NCBI RefSeq assembly: GCF_006345805.1
Contig: NC_043001.1
Span: 10,974,001 to 11,038,000, forward strand
Direction of reading: 5' to 3'
DNA length: 64,000 bases
Origin: Octopus sinensis
Taxonomy: Eukaryota
Shown: one piece after another, positions 29,062 through 39,400 of the stretch
Numbering within the stretch: position 1 is the stretch's first letter
How the letters are laid out: each line of letters starts with the position of its first letter
Position numbers and translations under genes: made by a program
Notes under the pieces: model-generated
What the model saw: the letters and a program-made list of their open reading frames with translations, nothing else
Database searches by the model: none
What the model was told of the DNA's origin: nothing

Positions 29062-29560
29062 TATACAGGATGTGCTGCGAACAGTCGTAATCATCGTAGT
29101 AAGCTAATAATCAGAGGGAAAGTGACGAAATGTTGTCCTCTTATGCCTATATAATGTGGGTTTATATTTCGTCATCCATTTAAAATATTAATTTCATCGT
29201 TTTAGAATGACGTTTGATACAGGACCTGAAGTATTTCGAGTTGTTTTATAAAAATGGTGTAAATATAATGGCAACTTTACGTGCCAACAAAACTAAACAT
29301 GATCAACACACAGATCCATTTATAGCAGAAGCTATTACAAATTATAAAGAAAAAATTTGACAAAATAAAAAACTGTCCTTACACAAACCTTCACCGACTG
29401 GTCGACCTTCACGCGAACAAAACAAAAAAATACAAATCTATCATAAATATTACAAGAAGTGTAAAATTCAAATGTAATTGGCCGTACGAGTTCCAGTTCT
29501 GTAAATAGCGTTTATGACATCCCCAAACGAAGCCTGTGCAGATTATTCCTTCCATTCCAG
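29062..29560 (+). mobile_element. Degenerate Tc1/mariner-type element 5' end (TIR-like start plus HTH remnant)
   Basis: TATACAGGATGTG start; broken translation KNGVNIMATLRANKTKH...KKFD...PTGRPS...TSSSSVNSVYDIPKRSLCRL resembles a Tc1/mariner N-terminal HTH. Confidence 0.5.
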
Positions 29561-30439
29561 TAGATTTCGACCATACACAATATTTTGCTGCAATTAATTA
29601 CACGTGAAGTAAAGAATTTTCCCCGGGTGGATTCTAAATAATCAAGTCTTGCTTAAATGATATTTTTAGGGTCATATGAACCATGTATTTCTCTAAGTGC
29701 TTTGGTTAATCGCTATCGTTGCATTGTTTCTTCTCGTGTTAAGTCGTTATAGCATTTTTCAATAATTCTATAAAATAATTTTATTACTTCAAGTCCTGCG
29801 TCTAAAGTTTTCCAAAATAACCAAATTAATATCATATGAATGAAAGAATTGAAATTAAAATATATTTCTCCATTTCGTAAAACTTGTTAATTTATTGAAT
29901 AATAACTTTTTAGTGCACGCTTTGTATGTGAAGCATTAAGTTCATTTGAACAAACTCCCGAGATTTAATTATACATGTCCTTCTTCGAGGGAAGAACCCT
30001 AGACCTCTGTTCCTATTAATGTTACGCTTTTGTTGTTGCAGTTGGCTTGTTCCAGGCCATCCCTGATTGAGCAGATCTATGATCAAAAGCATTCGATCAG
30101 GGAACATTGTCTTTTGTTTCACAGTGTGCCTAGGGCTACATTAGTGAATGTGTCCTTCAATTTTCGCACAGTAGAGCAGGCTTTGAAAATGTGGCTGCTA
30201 TTATGTAAGGCCTGCTATTATTTTTCTTGTTTAGAATCCGCTCAGTTCACATCCATCAGAATCATGGTCAACAATGTATCAGCCATGACAAAACCAGTTC
30301 TTGTTTCTCGTAAAAATATTAATATCGTAAAAATATTAATGGCGGTGCCCCAGCATGGCCACAGCTCATAAGCTGAAACTGGAAAAATCAAAATCAAAAA
30401 TCAAATCGTATCCACGAGACTACATTCTACATTCTGTCT

Positions 30440-30703
30440 CTACTTTCTTTCTTCCTCTCTTTCTTTCTTTCTTTCTTTCTTTCTTTTTTCCTTTCCTCTT
30501 TCTTTCTTTCTTTCTTTCTTTTTTCCTTTCCTCTTTCTTTCTTTCTTTCTTTCTTTCTTTTTTTCTTTCTTTCTTTCTTTCTTTCATCTTTCCTTCCTTT
30601 CTTTCTTTCTTTCTTTCTTTTTTCTTTCTTTTCTTTCTTCCTCTCTTCTTTTCTTTCTTCCTTCCTTTCTTCCTTTCTTCCTTCTCCCTTCCTTCATTCC
30701 TTC

Positions 30704-30748
<45 letters not shown>

Positions 30749-30918
30749 TTCCTTCTTTTCTTCCTTCCTTCCTTTCTTTCTTTCTTCCTTCCTTCTTTTC
30801 TTCCTTCCTTCCTTTCTTTCTTTCTTTCTTTCTTTCTTTCATCTTTCCTTCCTCTCTTTCTTTCTTCCATCCTTCTTTTCTTCCTTCCTTCCTTTCTTCC
30901 TTCTCCCTTCCTTCATTC

Positions 30919-30951
<33 letters not shown>

Positions 30952-31225
30952 TTCCTTTCTTTTCCTTCTTGTTTTCCTCCTCCCTTCCTTTCTTTCTTCT
31001 ATCCTCTCTTCCTTCCTTCTTTTCTTTCTTCCTTCCTTCCTTCCTGCCTTCGTTCGTTCGTTCCTTTCTTTCTTCCTTCTTTCCTTTCATTCTTTCTTCT
31101 TTCTTTCTTTCTTCCTTTCTTCCTTTCTTTCTTCCCTTCCTTCCGTCTTCTTTCTTTCTTTCTTTCTTCCTTCTTTTCTTCCTTCCTTCCTTCTTTTCTT
31201 TCTTCCTTCCTTTCCTTCTTTCTTA
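30440..31225. repeat. ~780-bp (TTTC/TTCC)n polypyrimidine tract
   Basis: Direct inspection. Confidence 0.95.
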
Positions 31226-31607
31226 ACGTGGTACCTGTGTGAGTTTGCTGTTATTTCTAGCTGATCGAAGACCACGTCGATGTCTTTGTAGAGGCGTCAA
31301 TCAAACGGCCGATACCTCTTGGATAGGATCGATACCAACCAAACTGACATTTGGCCCAAGTTGGAAACAATTTGCTACAACTTCACCCTAATATTAGGAG
31401 CACTTGGGCAAAGATTATAGCCTCTACTTCCCTCTTCCTGGAAAGCGGATAAAACAGGATTTGCACTCCGACCTCGTAAAACTTTCACCACCCGAAACAG
31501 ACCCATGGAGGGTTGTCGCCTGTGTGGTGCAAGATGTCATCCGTCAGGGGTAGCGAGGAGTCACCAACAAACAGTTAAACACTGTTACAGCATTTCCCCA
31601 TAGTACT

Positions 31608-31945
31608 GGTGGTGGTGGTGGTGGTGGGTGGTGGTTAATGGTTGTAGTGGTAGTGGTGGTAGTGGTGGTGGTTCGTGGTTGTGGTGGTGGTGGTGGTGGT
31701 GGTGGTGGTAATAGTGGTGGTGGTTCGTGGTTGTGGTTGTGGTGGTGATGATGGTGTGGTGATGGTGGTGGTAGTGGTGGTGGTTGTTGTTGTTGGTGGT
31801 GGTGGTTGTGGTAGTAGTGGTGGTGGTGGTGGTGGTGGTGTTGGTGGTGGTGGTGGTGGTGGTGGTGGTAATGGTGATGGTGATGGTGGTACTACTACTA
31901 CTACTGCTGCTGCTATTGCTGCTACTACTACTACTACTACTACTC
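31608..31945. repeat. (GGT)n/(ACT)n triplet-repeat block
   Basis: Direct inspection. Confidence 0.9.
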
Positions 31946-32029
31946 CCCCTCTTCTAGTAGACAAAGATGGCCAAGAGCTTTAAACGACATCGTATCCATT
32001 GTATAGTCTGCTTTACCATTGAGTTTCGT

Positions 32030-32063
<34 letters not shown>

Positions 32064-32585
32064 ATTAATATTATTCCGGCTGCGACCAGCGAAGAAAGCC
32101 AGAAAGTAGCGTTCAGAAATATGGAATTCTCGAGAGAAAGACTTGTGAAATGGTTCAGTTTAGAGCTGGATCAGGTAGCGACGAAGCATAATAAGGGTGG
32201 TGGGAGGTAGTAGAAAGTTGAATGTAAGATGTGGGTTAAGGAAGAGGAGGTCGAGAGTCAGCAGGGAAGCTGGGATTACCGTTGCGGAGGAGGCCGTGAG
32301 AATGGCTGTAGTTTAATTAAGGAACTAGCTATTGTTTACTCATCAATCTGTCAGCATCCTTTTAAGAATGGATTGAAATATGCGCATGGTTCAGGATAAT
32401 GCAACAACTCAGAACAGCGAATGGGAATGGTATTATAAAGTATTTTAAAGTTTAGTATTAAGTTAGCAAATGTTTAATGTAGGAGTATTATCTGGCCGTA
32501 AGAATGAAAACCAGGTAAAATGCTATTTTAATTGAAAATAGCAGCATTAACGCCAAACAGTGATTAGGAATAAATGGACTTTAGT

Positions 32586-32903
32586 TTAGTTAAAATATAT
32601 TTGTGACATATTTTAACTTCTAAAGGCAAAGTCACTGCTGCACTTATTGTGGAGAAAAAAATTTCTCTCTTATGGTAAAAGGTGTTAAAACGCTATATAT
32701 CTACCTGGTGTTTCTCTCTAAAGGTATTTCCCATTGAGGAAGGCTAAAGAGCTAGAAAAGCGCGTCTGAGAGTCCGCTGGATGTAAGCACTGGGCAGATA
32801 GTGTTTTTACACCTTTTGCCATCAGAGAGAAATTTTTCTCCAAGGTGACTAGAGTGAATTTACCTTCAGAAGTTAAAATATGTCTCAAAAATATTTTAAC
32901 TAA
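32586..32903 (+). mobile_element. Foldback element with central degenerate hammerhead-like motif
   Basis: Inverted arms 32586-32696 and 32798-32903; TTGAGGA-AGGC-TAAA-GAGCT-A-GAAA-AGCGCG-TC at 32734-32766. Confidence 0.55.
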
Positions 32904-33899
32904 CCTAGAGATCAGCTATTTTAATTATATACTATAAACGTGGATCACTGCGGAATGAAATCTGATACGTTATCTATTAGTGACTCTACATCGTGTAATA
33001 ACTTGAACAGATCTCATGTGTGATGGAAGAGAAGGCGGTTTTGCGGGCTTCATGAGCCTAAGTTGTGAATAATGTTATGTAAGATGCTTAGAGAAGACTG
33101 CTTAGAGATGGAGGATATACATATTGAGGGTGGCTGTGAAGGAAAATAATGGTAGAAATTGATATTAATCAATTAAGACCAGTGGCTTCGCATATTTTTT
33201 AAAAATTCGAAGATTAAAAATTGTGTTACATACAAAATTTAGATGACTGACCACTAAAAGTGGACAGCCTATATGCTAAGCATAGACGTCAAATCGCCAT
33301 TACCACGAAGAATGTGTTCTCAAGAAAAATCTCAGCAAAGAACCAAAATTTTCCACTTGCTAAGTTATTTTCGACATTTTTGATAATTAGTTATTTTGGA
33401 TATTGTTTAAGACTGCATTGTGTGTATTAAACCTTAAGGAGTTAGAAAAAATATCTCTCACGATCCTATACAAATGGATTCTTGCGAAACCCTAGTGGGT
33501 TTTCTCTCAGTGTTTACATTTACGAGGGAAATGGGGTCGGGGCAAGCTGACACATGGAATCATGGGCACGTTGACACAGTGTGTCAACTTGCCCCGGCCT
33601 GTGATACAAAACTGAAAAGATCAATATAAATGACAACTGAAAAAATTAAACATCTTATTTGAACTTGATAACATTTTAAAAACAAATCATACCATGGCTA
33701 TTGAGGAGGCCAAACATCAACAACGTATTGAAATATTGAATGAAAAGGGATCTAACTCGTTTAATCTAATCTCTTGCCACCACATTAACTCGATTTTTTA
33801 GTGAGGAGATAACCCGGTTTTTAATGGCAATTTTTTAATGGGGGTGAGATAACCAAAAAGTACCAGTTCAAGCATTTATATATTGCTTTTATTCATGTT

Positions 33900-34253
33900 A
33901 TTACGTAGATGTACTTGCATAGCAAGTGACTTGATCTGAGATCGTGTGCTGAAACAAAAACAATTGCAGCATGGAAGGTGTTTATAAGTCATTTAAAAAC
34001 ACAAAAAAACCCTTAGATTCACTTCAAATATTTAAATTTAATTAGTCGAAATATTTTCGTCATTTTGAAACCGTGACCTGTTCACTGACAAAAGGATGCA
34101 GCACGGAATTTTGTCAAAGAACAGGTCGTAGTTTCAAAGCGACGAAAATATTTTGACAAGCTAAATTTAAATGTTGAAGTGAATCTAACGGTTTTTTGTG
34201 TGTGATTTAAATGGCTTATAAACACCTTCCACGCTGCAATTGTCTTTGTCTTC
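33900..34253. mobile_element. Near-perfect palindromic (foldback) element
   Basis: Arms 33951-34093 and 34109-34253 with a ~15-bp spacer. Confidence 0.75.
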
Positions 34254-34344
34254 CTGTTCTTGCTTTTGTTAAACTCCAGCTCAGTTCTGATCTAGCGGAC
34301 TTACAATTTAAGACATTACAGCCGTGACCAAACCGCCTTTATAT

Positions 34345-35135
34345 CTATTTCTTTACTACCCACAAGGGGCTAAACACAGAGGGGACAAACAAGGACCAAC
34401 AAACTGATTAAGTCGATTATATCGACCCCAGTGCGTAACTGGTACTTATTTAATCGACCCCGAAAGGAGGAAAGGCAAAGTCGACCTCGGCGGAATTTGA
34501 ACTCAGAACGTAGCAGCAGGCGAAATACCTATTTCTTTGCTGCCCACAAGGGGTTACACACAGAGAGGACACACAAGGATAGACAAACGGATTAAGTCGA
34601 TTATATCGGCCCCAGTGCGTAACTAGTACTTAATTTATAGACCCCGAAAGGAGGAAAGGCAAAGTCGACCTCGGCGGAATTTGAACTCAGAACGTAGCAG
34701 CAGGCGAAATACCTATTTCTTTGCTGCCCACAAGGGGCTACACACAGAGAGGACAAACAAGGATAGACAAACGGATTAAGTCGATTATATCGGCCCCAGT
34801 GCGTAACTAGTACTTAATTTATCGACCCCGAAAGGAGGAAAGGCAAAGTCGACCTCGGCGGAATTTGAACTCAGAACGTAGCAGCAGGCGAAATACCTAT
34901 TTCTTTATAACCCACAAGGGGCTAAACACAGAGAGGACAAACAAGGATAGACAAACGGATTAAGTCGATTATATCGACCCCAGTGCGTAACTGGTACTTA
35001 TTTAATCGACCCCGAAAGGATGAAAGGCAAAGTCGACCTCGGCGGAATTTGAACTCAGAACGTAGCAGCAGGCGAAATACCGCTAAGCGTTTCAGCTGGC
35101 GTGCTAACGATTCTGCCAACTCACCACCTTTACCG
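34345..35135 (-). mobile_element. SINE family C tandem multimer, head plus 4 x 184 bp
   Basis: Junctions at 34528/9, 34712/3 and 34896/7; single head at 35081-35135. Confidence 0.9.
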
Positions 35136-35176
35136 CCTTTATATCACAAAGTCCGTTCTTAGCTATAGCAGACAAC

Positions 35177-35233
35177 CTGTCCTCCGGTTTTTAGTGGGTA
35201 GAGTTGTCGTTTCTGAAGGTGTCATTGTCATAA
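35177..35233 (-). CDS. Candidate exon 4, Thr/Pro-rich (MTMTPSETTTLPTKNRRT-)
   Basis: Acceptor TAGTTCTCATTTCAG, donor CAG|GTTGTC, 57 nt symmetric phase 1-1, in frame with exon 3. Confidence 0.4.
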
Positions 35234-35563
35234 CTGAAATGAGAACTAATCTTGTTGAGGCTTTGTGTCAATGCTTTGTTGATGCCACTGTAGTGTTTAA
35301 GGGCAAGAAAGCGAAGCTCGGTGAACGTAAAATAATAAATGTCGAGAATTCGCACTCGCGGTCGTCAAGGAGAAAATGAGAATGAAGCAGGTGCTGAAGG
35401 TGAATTTTAGGTCAGCATCAAATTTGAAACACAGGTGAGGAAAGAGTTTATCTTTCATAAGGATAAGACACTCCGTGGCTATATTTGCTGTTTCCACCGT
35501 TCCCTCTCCCGCCATAACTGTCACCTCAGGTGTTCCTACCACTAAGGTGGTAGTATTACTTAC

Positions 35564-35628
35564 GGTTGCTGTCATTGTTAGCAAGTTTATTGCAAACCGA
35601 TTTTGCCCCGTCATCAAACATACACGGC
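35564..35628 (-). CDS. Candidate exon 3 (PCMFDDGAKSVCNKLANNDSN-)
   Basis: Acceptor AATGTTCCTTTACAG, donor C|GTAAGT, 65 nt, open in phase 2 to 1. Confidence 0.45.
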
Positions 35629-35987
35629 CTGTAAAGGAACATTTACAAGGCCGTTAAGACTGCTAGAAATACAAGTAAAATATCCATGAAATCACGGTTT
35701 GCCATCTTTATAGAGGAAGACTTGTCATGTGATGTAGTATCCAAATGTTTGCAGGTATGGCTAAAATTAATGTCTTTGGTTGGATACCAATTCTATCACT
35801 GGAGAAATGGCTCTAAGCAATAAACAAATATGTATACACGTAACGCGCGCGCATGTGCTTACATGCATACAAACTAAGATATACACACGCACATTTTCTC
35901 TGTCTCTCTCTTTCTCTCACATACATATTCATACGGATGCACATTTATTTAATTGGCCAAGTGGTGAAGTGTGCTTCATAATGTTCG

Positions 35988-36062
35988 GGTTGCAAATTTT
36001 TTTTCCCCACGAGAGTTCTGGACCCCAGTAATGAACTCATTTGCATACAGCCAATCAGAGCT
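35988..36062 (-). repeat. Isolated inverted partial monomer of the 152-bp array (TIR-like)
   Basis: GCAAATTTT...CCCCACGAGAGTTCTGGACCCCAGTAATGAACTCATTTGCATACAGCCAATCAGAG is the reverse complement of the array's last unit (41968-42035). Confidence 0.9.
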
Positions 36063-36087
36063 CATCTTGACCTTGTTGTCATGTTAC

Positions 36088-36157
36088 CAAACACACTCTA
36101 CCAAGTAAACTTGAGACGAAGAACGGTGTTGTAAGTCGACCGATCGCCAAGTTATGC
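36088..36157 (-). CDS. Candidate exon 2 (ITWRSVDLQHRSSSQVYLVECV-)
   Basis: Acceptor CTAATTACTTGTCTCCTAATATCAG; donor TG|GTAACA chosen for phase compatibility, alternative donors exist. Confidence 0.3.
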
Positions 36158-36307
36158 CTGATATTAGGAGACAAGTAATTAGACAGATTTGCCTCGAGAC
36201 CTATTATCGGATTTTGTTATATTTTGTTATATCGACCCCATATGGTAAAGATGTGGAAGCGAAAAAAATGAGTCGAGGGTGATGGTCTAGCAAACCTCTC
36301 CCCTTAC

Positions 36308-36356
36308 TATTGTACAAAGTAACCAACAACATAAATAACGACACAGAGGCAGCCAT
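36308..36356 (-). CDS. Candidate exon 1, signal-peptide-like (MAASVSLFMLLVTLYN-)
   Basis: ATG at 36356 with an upstream in-frame stop; phase-1 donor A|GTAAGG; ab initio only. Confidence 0.35.
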
Positions 36357-36471
36357 AGTTGAGACAAGAACAAGAACAACAAAAGTTATTAAAAGAGAAA
36401 AGAAGCATGGTCATTGCTTAGCCAAGTGACCTTATCTTATCGAACATCACTCGATATGCGCACATAAATAA

Positions 36472-39400
36472 GTTTGATATTTGATCTCTGATTGGCTGTA
36501 TGCAAATAAGTTCATAAATGGTGTCCGGAACTCTCGTGGAAAAAAGAATTCGCGGGCCGGTCTGTGAAAGTCCCGACCATTATTTCGTAGTCACGCCGTG
36601 TCACCACCATAGTTGATTAAATTAGTTTGATAGTTGATCTCTGATTGGCTGTATGCAAATAAGTTCATAAATGGTGTCCGGAACTCTCGTGGAAAAAAGA
36701 ATTCGCGGGCCGGTCTGTGAAAGTCCCGACCATTATTTCGTAGTCACGCCGTGTCACCACCATAGTTGATTAACTTAGTTTTATAGTTGATCTCTGATTG
36801 GCTGTATGTAAATAATATCATAACTGGGGTCCGGAACTCACGTGGGAAAAATAATTCGCAGGCCGGTCTGTGAAAGTCCCGACCATTGTTTCGTAGTCAC
36901 GCCGTGTCACCACCATAGTTGATTAAATTAGTTTGATAGTTGATCTCTGATTGGCTGTATGCAAATAAGTTCATAACTGGGGGTCCGGAATCTCGTGGGA
37001 AAAAATTCGCGGCCCGGTCACACAAAGTCCCCACCATTCTTACGTAGTCCTGCCGTGTCACCACCATAGTTGATTAAATTAGTTTGATATTTGATCTCAG
37101 ATTGGCTGTATGTAAATAAGTTCATAACTGGGGTCCGGAACTCTCGTGGGAAAAAGAATGTGTGGCCCGGTCTCTCAATGTCCCGACCATTGTTTTGTAG
37201 TCACGCCGTGTCGGCACCATAGTTGATTAAATTAGTTTGGTAGTGGATCTCTGATTGGCTGTATGCAAATAAGTTCATAAATGGGGTCCGGAACGCTCGT
37301 GGGAAAATATTCGTGGCCCGGTCACTCAAAGTCCCCACCATTCTTACGTAGTCCTGCCGTGTCAACCCAATAGTTGATTAAATTAGTTTGATATTTGATC
37401 TCTGATTGGCTGTATGCAATTAAGTTCATATCTGGGGTCCGGAAGTCTCGTGAGAAGAAGAATTCGCGGCCCGGTCTGTCAAAGTCCTAACGATTGTTTC
37501 GTAGTCACGCCGTGTCACCACCATAGTTGATTAAATTAGTTTGATAGTTGATCTCTGATTGGCTGTATGCAAATAAGTTCATAACTGGTGTCCGGAACTC
37601 TCGTGGGTAAAAGAATTCGCGTCCCCGTCTCTATAAATCCCAAGCATTCTGACGTAGTCCCGCGGTGCCACCACCATAGTTGATTAAGTTAGTTTGATAG
37701 TTGATCTCTGATTGGCTGTATGCAAATAAGTACTTAACTGGGGTCCGGACGTCTCGTGGGAAAAAGAATTCGCCGACCGGTCTCTATAAATCCGGAGCAT
37801 TCTGACGTTGTCACGCCGTGTCACCACCATAGTTGATGAAATTAGTTTGATATGTGATCTCTGATTGGCTGAATGTAAATCAGTTCAAAAATGGTATCCG
37901 GAACTCTCGTGGGAAAAATTTTGCGTTCCGGTCACTCAAAGTCCCGACCATTCTTACGTAGTCCTACCATGTCACCACCATAGTTGATTAAATTAGTTTG
38001 ATAGTTGATCTCTGATTGGCTGTATGCAAATAAGTTCATAACTAGGGTCCGGAACTCTCGTGGGAAAAAGAATGCGTGCCCCAGTCTCTCAACGTCCCGA
38101 CCATTGTTTCGCAGTCACGCCGTGCCGCCACCATAGTTGATTCAATTAGTTTCATAGTCGATCTTTTATTGGCTGCATGCAAATAAGTTCATAACTGGCG
38201 TCCGGAACTCTCGTGGGTAAAAAATTCACGGCCCGGTCACTCAAACTCCAGACCATTCTTACGTAGTCACGCCGTGTCACCACCATAGTTGATTAAATTA
38301 GTTTGATAGTTGATCTCTGATTGGCTGTATACAAATAAGTTCATAACTGGGTCCGGAACTCTCGTGGGAAAAAAGAATGCGTGGCCCGGTCACTCAAAGT
38401 CCAGACCATTGTTTCGTAGTCACGCCGTGCCGCCACAATAGTTGATTTAATTAGTTTGATATTTTAGCTTTGATTGGCTGTATGCTAATAAGTCCATAAA
38501 TGGGGTACGGAACTCTAGTGGGAAAAAGAATGCGTGGCCCCGTCTCTCAAAGTCCCCACCATTGTTTCGTAGTCGCGCCGTGCCGCCACCATAGTTGATT
38601 TAATTAGTTTGATAGTTGATCTCTGATTGGCTGTATGCAAATATGTTCATTACTGGGGTCCGGAACTCTCGTGGGAAAAAGAATTCGCGGCCCGGTCTCT
38701 ATAAATCCGGAGCATTCTAACGTTGTCACGCCGTGTCACCGCCATAGTTGATTAAATTAGTTTGATATTTGATCTCTGATTGGCTGTATGCAAATAAATT
38801 CATAACTGGGGTCCTGAAGTCTCGTGGGAAGAAGAATTCACGGCCCGGTCTCTCAAAGTCCGACCATTGTTTTATAGTCCCGCCGTGTCACCACCATAGT
38901 TGATTAAATTAGTTTGATATTTTAGCTTTGATCGGCTGTATGCAAATAAGTTCATAACTGGGGTCCGGAACTCTCGTGGGAAAAAGAATTCGCAGCCCGG
39001 TCTCTCAAAGTCCCGACCATTGTTTCATAGTCACGCCGTGTCACCACCATAGTTGATTAAATTAGTTTGATGTTTTAGCTTTGATTGGCTGTATGCAAAT
39101 AAGTTCATAACTGGGGTCCGAAACTCTCGTGGGAAAAAATTCGCTGCCCATTCTGTCAAAGTCCTCACCATTGTTTCGTCGTCACGTCGTGTCACCACCA
39201 TAGTTGATTAAATGAGTTTGATAGTTCATCTCTGATTGGCTGTATTCAAATAAGTTCATAAATGGGGTCCGGAACTCTCGTGGGAAAAAGAATGCGTGGC
39301 CCGGTCTCTCAAAGTCCCAGCCATTGTTTCGTAGTCACGCCGTGCCGCCACCATAGTTGATTTAATTAGTTTCAAAGTTGATCTCTGATTGGCTGTATGC

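Noticed and set aside
31500-31600. HDV-like ribozyme on the minus strand (TCCTCGCT loop; GGCGACAAC)
   Set aside because: The L3 loop matches, but P3 does not pair and no 7-bp P1 can be formed; the region may instead be an RTE-like 5' fragment on the plus strand
33533-33600. Short hairpin GGGGCAAGCTGACACA / TGTGTCAACTTGCCCC
   Set aside because: Probably the remnant of a small MITE end; too short to classify
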